Source: a virus
Lineage: Duplodnaviria > Caudoviricetes
Virus record (IMG/VR): IMGVR_UViG_3300005805_008629
Span: 1 to 29,500 of that record
Length of the DNA stretch: 29,500 bases
Strand: one strand, 5' to 3'
Of the stretch, positions 10,031 to 18,519 are shown one piece after another. Each line of letters opens with the position of its first letter. The stretch's first letter is position 1. The notes beneath the pieces are model-generated. The model made no database searches. It saw nothing but the letters and a program-made list of their open reading frames with translations, and was not told the DNA's origin. Both the position numbers and the translations under genes were made by a program.

Positions 10031-10067
10031 ATACAGGCTTCCATTTAAAAACTACAATCGAAATCAT
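10021..10067 (-). pseudogene. 5' stub of a phage gene (probable glycosyltransferase), truncated at the junction
   Basis: ATG at 10067 overlaps the TGA of the upstream gene (ATGA, like most phage genes here). It reads MISIVVFKWKPVWKG..., resembling the 'hydrophobic beta-strand-KW' start of phage GT-A proteins. The frame then runs into antisense permease DNA and stops at 9978. Confidence 0.55.
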
Positions 10068-10831
10068 GCAGTTCTCTCAATTAAAGTTTGATTATATTTT
10101 AGTAATTCTTTAGTAGCTATTGGATCAATACCAACACTTTCGACCCAAGCACACCAAGCATATACATCTTTAGGAATACACTTGCTGTTGGCTCCTCTTG
10201 CATTTGGATAAACAAAAGTAAACCACAAATTCATTCTTGGATCATCTCCGTATACTGCATCTCGAATAGTATAATAATCAATATTGGCCGCTTCGCATGC
10301 ATCATACAATTCTTGACACTGTACAACTTTATAGAATATAGCTCTGTTCTCGGTGAACTTGATAACTTCTGCTTCCAACCTTGATACCTGTCTAATCGTA
10401 ACATTAGCATTATAGGCCTGTTGATAACATTCAATGACCTTTCTTCGGTCTTCTGGATCTCCGCCTATCACTATAAATTTTCTAGAATCCATTTCTAAAA
10501 AAGGATGATTAGGGGTTTCACCTAAATATTCAGGTTGAACTACAATTCTTTTATTTGGAAATTTTTTAACCATGCGGTCTGCAAATCCAGGTTGTGTTGC
10601 CGATCTAATAACAATAAAATCGCACCCACAATTAGCAATAGCATCTTCTACTGCCGAACAATCTAATTCTGGACCACCTGTCCATGGGGTTGGAACAGCT
10701 AAGAAAGCAATATCACAATTTTCTAACGGCTTATTAAAATTTGATTGATACTTGTCATAAACTTGTGCATCAGGAAAAAGTTTCTGTGTTGCCTTGCCTA
10801 TCCAACCGTATCCTATAATTCCTACCTTCAT
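10064..10831 (-). CDS. UDP-glucose/GDP-mannose dehydrogenase family protein (short form)
   Basis: Rossmann GIIGYGWIG, AVPTP, IVIRSA, PEYL, EAEVIKFTEN and the catalytic-Cys motif SKCIPKD. At 255 aa it has no C-terminal domain. Confidence 0.85.
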   Translation of the reverse strand: MKVGIIGYGWIGKATQKLFPDAQVYDKYQSNFNKPLENCDIAFLAVPTPWTGGPELDCSAVEDAIANCGCDFIVIRSATQPGFADRMVKKFPNKRIVVQPEYLGETPNHPFLEMDSRKFIVIGGDPEDRRKVIECYQQAYNANVTIRQVSRLEAEVIKFTENRAIFYKVVQCQELYDACEAANIDYYTIRDAVYGDDPRMNLWFTFVYPNARGANSKCIPKDVYAWCAWVESVGIDPIATKELLKYNQTLIERTA

Positions 10832-11517
10832 GAGTTCTCCTGATTTTTTAAAGAATCTAAGTATTCTTGTGTGACTATCTGCATTTTTGATCCTCCCTTA
10901 TATTGTGCAGAATATCTGGCCTTATGTCGAGAAGCGTACCACCCGTAAGGCCGAAGTTCGACAGTTAATCCTAAATGTTTATAGAATCCAGGATCTGTTG
11001 GACTCCCCATATTTTTATGCACTGCTTGCCAGGCAGGACTATCACCGTGCCATTCTTTATTGTTTAAATCAAAATTAGCAAATGATTCTTCGAAAATTGG
11101 TAATGCTGACTTTTTAGCTAATCTCCATGCAGGGGTCATGGGCATGGAATCGGCACGAATAGTCATACACAAATCGGTAGTTAATGGAGGGAATTCAGCT
11201 AACATTCTGAAATCTGGTTCACAAAACCAATATACGGTTTCGTTGTCGGCATCTCTTTTTAAAAATTCTAAAAGACATTTTTCTCTATTATATATAACTT
11301 CATTTACATGTTCAACATCGTAGAAATAATTTTCATCCCCCCACCCCTCATGACCTGTAACAGTTACATGTATTAAAGGAACTCCGAATGTATGAAGATT
11401 TTTTCTTAATTCTTCAGTTAGATGTTTGTATATGTTAGGCCCGTGCCTTTTTCCAAAATGACCGTCTGCATGATATAAGACAGCTTTCATTGGTGGATTT
11501 GATAATTTTTTACCCAC
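10828..11517 (-). CDS. Hypothetical protein, putative GT-A-like nucleotide-sugar transferase
   Basis: 'YWFCEPDF' sits at a DxD-like position and 'WHGDSPA' resembles the W-x-G-D-Q motif of GT-A families; it lies in a glycan gene cluster. Probable start is GTG at 11517 (GGAG upstream, overlapping the previous stop). Confidence 0.5.
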   Translation of the reverse strand: MGKKLSNPPMKAVLYHADGHFGKRHGPNIYKHLTEELRKNLHTFGVPLIHVTVTGHEGWGDENYFYDVEHVNEVIYNREKCLLEFLKRDADNETVYWFCEPDFRMLAEFPPLTTDLCMTIRADSMPMTPAWRLAKKSALPIFEESFANFDLNNKEWHGDSPAWQAVHKNMGSPTDPGFYKHLGLTVELRPYGWYASRHKARYSAQYKGGSKMQIVTQEYLDSLKNQENS

Positions 11518-12056
11518 TATTTTTTCTCCAATATTAAAAACCCGCAATCATTTTGATCCGAGTACTTTTCAATCCATTCGGGATGATTTTTCCACCATTT
11601 TTTTATTCCTGCCATTGTTCCGAATCTAGGTTCAACTATGTCATGAAATACAAGATATTTTGATACTTTATTTGCATGTAATGTTAATTCTTGAAAGGTA
11701 TGTTCCTCGGTGTGTACAGTATCTATAAAAAGTAATTCACATGGTGCAATTTCAATATCTAAATCACTTCCGATAATAAAATTAAATTCAATTCCTATTT
11801 CTTCAGCAGCAGATTTAAAAACATCGATGTCTAGTGCAATTCCTCTATCTACAGTGGTAAATTTTTTAGGTTTAAGTTTTAACCAAGCAGCGGTAGAGCA
11901 TCCTTGAAATGGTCCAAATTCAGTTATAGTTTCAATACCAGAAAATGTTTCTTGAATAAAATCCATTCTTGACCACATATCTCCTACCATCTTCCATTTT
12001 ATATTAGGTCTAGATTTATTTTTAAAACTTTGATAAATTTCATCGATTAATAACAT
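11517..12056 (-). CDS. Class I SAM-dependent methyltransferase (Methyltransf_24-like)
   Basis: Motif I ITEFGPFQGCST, LLFIDTVH and YLVFHD. Confidence 0.85.
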   Translation of the reverse strand: MLLIDEIYQSFKNKSRPNIKWKMVGDMWSRMDFIQETFSGIETITEFGPFQGCSTAAWLKLKPKKFTTVDRGIALDIDVFKSAAEEIGIEFNFIIGSDLDIEIAPCELLFIDTVHTEEHTFQELTLHANKVSKYLVFHDIVEPRFGTMAGIKKWWKNHPEWIEKYSDQNDCGFLILEKK

Positions 12057-12403
12057 TATTTTGTGAATCCTACTGAGTCTCTCTCTATATCTTCGTGATC
12101 AAACTCTGCCCAGTATAATTCAAAAGCAACAGTGTCTTCTAAGGCTTCGAACTGATGATATTCTCCGGGAGCAACTTTTGTATATTGTCCTGCTGTTAGA
12201 ACAGTTTCATCTACTAGGTCATAGTTGTTCTTCCACACACGAATAACAAGTTTGCCAGATTCAACGAAAAATCCGTTCCATTTAAATTGATGCTTATGCT
12301 TTGAACAGACCCCGCCTTTCCGAGCTTCAATACGATGGAATTCTAACACACCGTTGACTTCAAGGAGTTCTGTTTGACCCCATACCTTACCTGCAATCAT
12401 CAT
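12056..12403 (-). CDS. Single-domain cupin (sugar isomerase-like)
   Basis: GKVWG; cupin motif 1 CSKHKHQFKWNGFFVESG; motif 2 GQYTKVAPGEYHQF. SD AAGGA. Confidence 0.82.
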   Translation of the reverse strand: MMIAGKVWGQTELLEVNGVLEFHRIEARKGGVCSKHKHQFKWNGFFVESGKLVIRVWKNNYDLVDETVLTAGQYTKVAPGEYHQFEALEDTVAFELYWAEFDHEDIERDSVGFTK

Positions 12404-12428
12404 AATCCTTTAAAATTAACTGCTAGTT

Positions 12429-12435
12429 TATTTAC
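12429..12435 (-). promoter_or_regulatory. T4-type late promoter-like box GTAAATA
   Basis: Lies in the 33-bp gap upstream of the cupin-methyltransferase-GT-dehydrogenase run. Confidence 0.55.
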
Positions 12436-12436
12436 T

Positions 12437-12943
12437 CTAAATTACACGGTCTAGATGTAGAATTTCACTTTGTCTTGAAACTTCTTTAACAAAATAAACA
12501 CAGGGTGGATTTTCACCATCATGCAAGGGTACAGTTAAAATCTGTCCGTTTTTCATCTTCGGAAAATACCATTTAACATCTTGATAGATATTAACTATTT
12601 CAATAGGCATAAATTCTGCCTTAAATCCTTTGATTGGATTAAAACAAAATGCGTCGAACCCACGTTCATTAATACTAGTCAATGGCAGCACTTCTGGATC
12701 TAACCCAGTTTCTTTATCTCCAACTACCATGCACCAATCTAAGGGCATTTGTACTTCATATCCTCCGATATTTAATAAAATGGCGGGACTGTTAAAAGAT
12801 TCTAAAAAGATCAAAGGCATAAAAAAGAAATCTGGCTCAGCTGGATTACTATTATCTAAGACACTAAATCTAGTATCTTCATCGACCTCATCTGGTAATT
12901 CGTTTAAGTCAAACGACGTATTGTTTAGTGTTAAAATTCTCAT
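12437..12943 (-). CDS. Phage hypothetical protein coupled to uvsW
   Basis: 168 aa, ATGA overlap with the uvsW stop, predicted beta-rich. Function not recognised (see findings). Confidence 0.8.
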   Translation of the reverse strand: MRILTLNNTSFDLNELPDEVDEDTRFSVLDNSNPAEPDFFFMPLIFLESFNSPAILLNIGGYEVQMPLDWCMVVGDKETGLDPEVLPLTSINERGFDAFCFNPIKGFKAEFMPIEIVNIYQDVKWYFPKMKNGQILTVPLHDGENPPCVYFVKEVSRQSEILHLDRVI

Positions 12944-14394
12944 GTAGTTACCTTGGTTATTGTGAAAGGATATTTTGCATCCTTGTAAAATTTCTTACGT
13001 TCTGTTAGGTGCCTTTTTGCATATTTGCACGTTGACGTGATGTCCCATATCTGGACAAAATCTTTATCTTCCGCTTTACGTATGCCACGTCCAATGGATT
13101 GGATGACACGTACAAATGATTTGCCAGGCTCAACAAGGACAAGGTTGAAAATGCGAGGGATATTAATCCCCACAGCAGCAACCCCATAGGTAGCAATAAT
13201 AATTTTATTATCACTAGTTTTAATTTCGTCATATTCTTCTTTCCTATCATCTAATTTAACCTCTCCACTGATAAACACACTGTCTGGTAATAAATCTATA
13301 AGTTTTCTACCAGTGTCAATGCGATTAACCAGCACCAATGTATTTCCTGTTTCACTTAATGTTTTTACAGTGTTACCCATCCATGCCAATCTTTTTTGAT
13401 CAGTGACTAACCAAGTATATTCTTCTTGATAATTACGGAATACTTCAATATCTACAGTTTGTAAAACATTAATTTCTAGATTTGCCAACACACCTTTATT
13501 TTGTAAATCATGGGCAGATACTTGATTAATAACTGGACCTATACTAGATAACAGACTTTGAAATTCCCATTGTTCTCTAGGTATTGTGCCGGTGAGTCCC
13601 CAGCGTATAGGACAATGCCTAAAGTTTTGGGTGGCTAGTTTTGTTAATACATCTGCCTTGGCTTGATGCACTTCGTCTATGATGATTGCCACTACCCCTT
13701 CACAAAATTCTGCCAATGTCAATGTATCACTATCAAAACTTTTCTTGTCCAACACGTTAAGACTTTGCCAAGTGCAAATAGTGTGTGTCTTGCTTAATTC
13801 TTTCCTATCGCCAAAATATACACCGACATCAAGTCCAAGATTTTTATAGTCTTCTTCAGTCTGTACAACCAAACTTTTATTAGGAACAATTACCATTGTA
13901 CGGCCATAAGGTTCGCACATTGCAGACAATGTTGCTGTGGTTATAGTTTTTCCTGCACCAGTAGCTACTTCCTGTAAACTTTGTGGATTTTCTAAAAATT
14001 TGTTAACTACGTCATACTGATAGTCTCGTAGTATGATTGGTTGGCCAGCATCTTTATGGCCTTTGGGCCATGTTTTTCCTTTGTCTGCCCAATAGTTTTC
14101 AGTTATTTTTTCAAATTTTAAATCTTGATGATGTCTCTCGTCTTCAACTTCAATGTCATACCCTTCACTTTCGATAATAGGCAATATTCTGTCGAGATGT
14201 GCAAGATACCCGTTACCGCCAATACCAAAAAATGTCTTGGTTCCGTCCCAACGACCTAATTTGTATGCTGGCATGTGTCGAGCATACGGTAAATCGTATT
14301 TGAGTTCGTTGACTATTTTGCGACGAGTAGCAACATCTAATCCTTCGCACTTTATATTAACTTCGTCTTTGATAATTAACTTACAAGTAGACAA
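12940..14394 (-). CDS. uvsW: UvsW-like superfamily 2 DNA helicase
   Basis: Q-motif LRDYQ, Walker A ATGAGKT, DEVH, GLTGT and motif VI QSIGRGIR. N-terminal 'WDG' as in T4-like UvsW. TTG start. Confidence 0.92.
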   Translation of the reverse strand: MSTCKLIIKDEVNIKCEGLDVATRRKIVNELKYDLPYARHMPAYKLGRWDGTKTFFGIGGNGYLAHLDRILPIIESEGYDIEVEDERHHQDLKFEKITENYWADKGKTWPKGHKDAGQPIILRDYQYDVVNKFLENPQSLQEVATGAGKTITTATLSAMCEPYGRTMVIVPNKSLVVQTEEDYKNLGLDVGVYFGDRKELSKTHTICTWQSLNVLDKKSFDSDTLTLAEFCEGVVAIIIDEVHQAKADVLTKLATQNFRHCPIRWGLTGTIPREQWEFQSLLSSIGPVINQVSAHDLQNKGVLANLEINVLQTVDIEVFRNYQEEYTWLVTDQKRLAWMGNTVKTLSETGNTLVLVNRIDTGRKLIDLLPDSVFISGEVKLDDRKEEYDEIKTSDNKIIIATYGVAAVGINIPRIFNLVLVEPGKSFVRVIQSIGRGIRKAEDKDFVQIWDITSTCKYAKRHLTERKKFYKDAKYPFTITKVTT

Positions 14395-14426
14395 AATACG
14401 TTCTCGCTGAATGATAACATCTATTA

Positions 14427-14455
14427 ATTATATGGTACTAATATTTGATTGTCAA
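14427..14455 (-). promoter_or_regulatory. Consensus sigma70 promoter for uvsW
   Basis: The minus strand reads TTGACA (14455-14450), 17 nt, TATAAT (14432-14427). Confidence 0.85.
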
Positions 14456-15270
14456 GAGATTTTTGCAAATAATCTTGACTGTGGGATACCTTTGGCGATT
14501 TCTTCGACAGTCCATTCAGTATGACACAATTTTAAAAACCAATCGTCTCGTGATGGTAATTTTATTGACTCAATTTCTTCAAATTTTCCAGAAATTTCAC
14601 CGGCTAAACTGGTCTTATCGCAGATGATCGGAGTACCATATATCGCTGCCTGAACAGCAGGGCCACTGTTATGGTTTATCACACAGTGATAGTTGTAATC
14701 GATATCAAAGTCGTCATAACTGCCTTGAATTTTTTTTGGTATTTCTATTTCAACACCGGAAATTTTTGATAAAATCGGTGATCTTGGATGAGGACGAACC
14801 ACAATTTTTCGGTCACTGTACTTTTGGATCGTGTTAATAGTCTGGTCTACCCAATCAGACATTGCAGGTTGTCCGATCCATTGTTGACTGTGTTGGTGCT
14901 GTGTGGCAATTAAAATTTCTGACCTACGATTTTCTCTTTCTGGTGACAATTTTACCCCTAATTTTTCAGGTCTCGATGGATCTAGGTCAAAATTATTGGA
15001 AAATTCTCCAAGGCCGTTTATATGATTTAAACTTACTCGCCAGGTTTTACCTCTATGAAGATTTCCAACCTCGATAATGATCACAGGTGAATTAGTTTCG
15101 TAAATCCTTTGATTGGCTCTCATCCTTCCTTGCCATAAAACTGACCAAATTACTGGGATTCCGTCAGTTGTGCTGATCTCGTGTCCGAGAGATCTTATCC
15201 CTTGTTCAAAAGCATCAAAAATAGGTCGGCTGTTTAAGGCACCGTGTTCGCGAAATAATCTGAAGCGCAT
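14452..15270 (-). CDS. Capsule-synthesis (KpsS/KpsC-like) GT-B family protein, paralog 1
   Basis: EILIATQ...W...KIVVRPHP...VINHNSGPAVQAAIYGTP...EWTVEEIAKG, the same C-terminal pattern as four neighbours. Confidence 0.65.
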   Translation of the reverse strand: MRFRLFREHGALNSRPIFDAFEQGIRSLGHEISTTDGIPVIWSVLWQGRMRANQRIYETNSPVIIIEVGNLHRGKTWRVSLNHINGLGEFSNNFDLDPSRPEKLGVKLSPERENRRSEILIATQHQHSQQWIGQPAMSDWVDQTINTIQKYSDRKIVVRPHPRSPILSKISGVEIEIPKKIQGSYDDFDIDYNYHCVINHNSGPAVQAAIYGTPIICDKTSLAGEISGKFEEIESIKLPSRDDWFLKLCHTEWTVEEIAKGIPQSRLFAKIS

Positions 15271-15275
15271 ATGGT

Positions 15276-15298
15276 CTACTAAATATAGTAGTATTTAA
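15276..15298. promoter_or_regulatory. Two opposed late promoter-like boxes for the divergent genes
   Basis: CTAAATA on + (15279-15285) and TTAAATA on - (15298-15292), with the inverted repeat CTACTA-AATA-TAGTAG (15276-15291). Confidence 0.55.
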
Positions 15299-15306
15299 TG
15301 ATTATT

Positions 15307-15705
15307 ATGGCCAAGTTTCAAAAAAGATTAAGAAAAATGTCAGTGAATTCTACCAATGCGTTGGTTATCGGCCACGGTTTTGGTAAGATTGATGATATAG
15401 TGCAGACTTTTAATTCTGTTTTCATCACATCATATGATAATATGGATTTTAAATCAAAAAATTTAATCTATAGAGAAACGATCGACGATCTGTCAATGTT
15501 GATTGAGATTGGTGCTGTGTTTATTGACCTAAAAAATCTCAATGTTTTGCCAGATGTGATGCCAATGATTAGAAAATTTCGATCACCTGTATTAATTGAA
15601 GGAAGAGATATGATTACCAAAGATCAGGCCCAACCTTTGATTAATTTTGGATATCGGCCGACAGATCAATCTGATTCTTTTTATGTGTGGAAACAACAAG
15701 TATGA
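15307..15705 (+). CDS. Phage hypothetical protein (possible degenerate Rossmann/methyltransferase-like fold)
   Basis: NALVIGHGFG glycine loop and AVFID; ATGA-coupled to the next gene. Start is ATG 15307 or 15298. Confidence 0.7.
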   Translation: MAKFQKRLRKMSVNSTNALVIGHGFGKIDDIVQTFNSVFITSYDNMDFKSKNLIYRETIDDLSMLIEIGAVFIDLKNLNVLPDVMPMIRKFRSPVLIEGRDMITKDQAQPLINFGYRPTDQSDSFYVWKQQV

Positions 15706-16514
15706 CTATTTCAGTGGTAACTACCTTTCATCAGGCAGGATATGACACATACGGCAAACGTATGATTCAAACATTTCTTCAAAATTGGCCTAAAGAAGTT
15801 AAACTGTATGTATATGCTGAAAATTGTCAGGTTACTGAAACAGCACCCAATCTTATTGTAAAAGATTTACATTCAGCAAGTCCTGAACTTGTAATCTTTA
15901 AGAACAAATGGAGAGGAGTTCCTAAAGCCAACGGTGATGTTAGTCAAGATCCGGTAAGAAGTAAACGTAGAGATGCCGGAAAAGGATTTAAATGGGACGC
16001 TGTGAGATTTGCACACAAAGTTTATTCAATCTTTTCATGTGTTAAAGAATGCGGAACTGATATTCTTCTATGGATGGATGCTGATACTATCTGTCATAGT
16101 CCTATCACATTATCTGACCTAGAAAGATTATGTCCTTTATCAAAAGATTTGTGTTTTTTAGGACGTAATGGAAAATTTAGTGAATGTGGTTTATACGCTA
16201 TGAATTTACATTCGCCTAGTACTAAATTGTTCTTGCAGAGATTTCAAAATGTGTATGACGATGCTGAACGCGGAATTTTCACTATGGCAGAATGGCATGA
16301 TAGTTTTGTTTTTGATCAAGTAAGGCAAACTGTGTCTTTAAATGAATTAAATTGGAGTGCTGGATTAATTACAGGTGAAGGCCATCCCTTAATTAACAGC
16401 GAATGGGGTGCTTGGTTAGATCATCTTAAGGGCGGAAGGAAAAAATTAGGTAAAAGTAAAAGAGACGATTTACTAGTTAAAAGACCTGAACCTTACTGGC
16501 AACAATTTAATTAA
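15702..16514 (+). CDS. GT-A fold glycosyltransferase
   Basis: VVTTF start strand, RFAHKV, DxD in LLWMDADT, SECG, EWHDSFVFD and DHLKG. ATG 15702 overlaps the previous TGA. Confidence 0.8.
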   Translation: MTISVVTTFHQAGYDTYGKRMIQTFLQNWPKEVKLYVYAENCQVTETAPNLIVKDLHSASPELVIFKNKWRGVPKANGDVSQDPVRSKRRDAGKGFKWDAVRFAHKVYSIFSCVKECGTDILLWMDADTICHSPITLSDLERLCPLSKDLCFLGRNGKFSECGLYAMNLHSPSTKLFLQRFQNVYDDAERGIFTMAEWHDSFVFDQVRQTVSLNELNWSAGLITGEGHPLINSEWGAWLDHLKGGRKKLGKSKRDDLLVKRPEPYWQQFN

Positions 16515-17434
16515 ATGTAACGTCTAAAAAATTGCCACGCTTCGCCCGAACGCAGTTCATCAAAATTCCAATGACACATAGATAATCTTTCAATCCACTG
16601 TTGTCTATCAGGAAGGTCTGGATTCTCTATTCTACTTAGATCGGTATTGGCCACACCGTAGCTTTGACTGTTATCGGGTTGAGGATCTGTAAGAAATGCA
16701 GGAACACCTTCGACAATACTTGCCACACTAGGACTGCTATTATACACAACAGTTGCCCAGGCATTATGTAAATCATCAATCAATCTTTCTTTTGTGCTTA
16801 ATGATACATTTGAATGATGTATTTTTAAAATTTGTTTAATTTTTTTATCACCGGGGTGTGCTCTTACAATAATATGTCTGTTTGAATATTGTCTAATCTT
16901 AGTAATAGTTTGATTCATCCAATCGATCGTATTCAATCCTCTCATACTCCATCCTCCATTTCGTTGCAAGCAGAGAAGAATATGTGAACCTTGAGATCTC
17001 CAAGGTCTAAGACTAATTCCTAGATTACTACTAATTTTTTGCCATCTGCTAGGATCTATATCTCTATCAAAATAAAATCCTGTAGTGGGGAATATACCAT
17101 CATAACTATATCTTAAATATCGTCTAGTATTATTAGGATCTGCATATAAGAATAAATTACTATCAACAATTAAAGTACGCTTACCGTTTCTTTTTTGTAA
17201 ATCTGCAGCCTGCTGTCTCAATATTAAATGTGGAAGAGTCTTTCCATTTTCATGCACAAATCCTTGTATGAGAGCAACATCACATGATATAACATTCATG
17301 CCTTTATGTGCTATTCCTTGATCTCCTGAAATATTTACACCATGAATAAAATTATCAAGTATCGCTGGTTTTTCTGCATTATTATTTTTTGAAGGAATCC
17401 CCCCATAATATGCTACGGCTGTAAACTTAGACAT
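16511..17434 (-). CDS. Capsule-synthesis-like GT-B family protein, paralog 2
   Basis: PWR..G.HILLCLQ...W...IIVRAHP...VVYNSSPSVASIVEGVP...HWNFDELRSG. Confidence 0.65.
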   Translation of the reverse strand: MSKFTAVAYYGGIPSKNNNAEKPAILDNFIHGVNISGDQGIAHKGMNVISCDVALIQGFVHENGKTLPHLILRQQAADLQKRNGKRTLIVDSNLFLYADPNNTRRYLRYSYDGIFPTTGFYFDRDIDPSRWQKISSNLGISLRPWRSQGSHILLCLQRNGGWSMRGLNTIDWMNQTITKIRQYSNRHIIVRAHPGDKKIKQILKIHHSNVSLSTKERLIDDLHNAWATVVYNSSPSVASIVEGVPAFLTDPQPDNSQSYGVANTDLSRIENPDLPDRQQWIERLSMCHWNFDELRSGEAWQFFRRYI

Positions 17435-18518
17435 GATATTTTTTGATTATCCTTGCTGCTGTTCCGTCAACTAACTCATCATAGGTAAATTGACTATAAC
17501 TTAATGAGCATAACCATAAGGCAAGATTTGGTCTTAAAAGATCATTTATATCTTCTAATCGATTTCGTGTTACTGGATTAGTGATGTGTTTGTCTAATGT
17601 TATAGCAGGAACACCAGCCCAGATAGATTCCGTAGCTGCATTTGAATTAATATTGATAACGCAGTAATAATCGTCATCACATAATTCTTTATAGAGATTA
17701 GTCCTTACATTCTTTGGAGCTTTTTCTCTAAATATAATTTTTTTATCTGTGTATTTTCTTAGTTCAGATTCAACTTCATATTTCCAAGTCTTAAGATCAA
17801 CATGAAAAATGCTGGCAGCAAATGATCCCGGTTCAACTATCAAAATTTTATCACCATTGATTCTCCATGGTTGCGGGAAAGATTTAAATGATCCTAATCT
17901 ATCAACAGGTACTTCAACCATTGTTCCGTAATGTAAATGGCTTCGAACTAATCGATGCCATTTTTTGTTAGGCTCGAGAAAATTGGTATAGCCACTATCG
18001 ATAAACCAGAACGGATGCTTATTATCAATTTTAGAAATAAGAAGAGATTCATTTCCTACAGTATTTCTAATTAAACAATCTTCTTTGTAATCGTTAAATT
18101 TAGATCGACGTATCATTTGAGAATTGCTATCTAGTTGATACCCCACACTTTTAACAAAGTTTTGTTTTTTACTTTTCTTATATTGTTCTAAAAGGAAATC
18201 TTCACCAAATTTTTCTATAAAAAATTCTAAATTGTTATGTACTAAAGAATAGTATCGATCTTTTCTAAGAATTAATTCGGCATTAACTCGATCGACTAAT
18301 TCTCTCAGATCTGCTTCTACTGCTCTTCTAATTTTACTTTTAAATTTCTCTCGCATCTTGTCTAGACTAAATTTTTTCTTAGACTGTTCTTCAAAAACGT
18401 AACTCTGTAAGTTTACAAGATGACTGGTGCCAACTGAGTGATTTTTAAAGTGCGTTCGATGATCTATAAGACTTAATAGAAAGTGAGCAATTTCTTTATT
18501 GTTTAATAATAGTTTCAT
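17427..18518 (-). CDS. Capsule-synthesis-like GT-B family protein, paralog 3 (N-terminal helical extension)
   Basis: IDSGY, WHRLV, PW...G.KILIVEP, IFREK, ININSNAATESIWAGVP and QFTYDELVDG, plus a ~115-aa extra basic N-terminus. Confidence 0.65.
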   Translation of the reverse strand: MKLLLNNKEIAHFLLSLIDHRTHFKNHSVGTSHLVNLQSYVFEEQSKKKFSLDKMREKFKSKIRRAVEADLRELVDRVNAELILRKDRYYSLVHNNLEFFIEKFGEDFLLEQYKKSKKQNFVKSVGYQLDSNSQMIRRSKFNDYKEDCLIRNTVGNESLLISKIDNKHPFWFIDSGYTNFLEPNKKWHRLVRSHLHYGTMVEVPVDRLGSFKSFPQPWRINGDKILIVEPGSFAASIFHVDLKTWKYEVESELRKYTDKKIIFREKAPKNVRTNLYKELCDDDYYCVININSNAATESIWAGVPAITLDKHITNPVTRNRLEDINDLLRPNLALWLCSLSYSQFTYDELVDGTAARIIKKYHV

Positions 18519-18519
18519 A

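Noticed and set aside
9427-10113. 228-aa permease ORF as a real full-length or fusion protein
   Set aside because: The C-terminal ~27 residues are antisense phage sequence read through the junction, and the start is better placed at TTG 9484.
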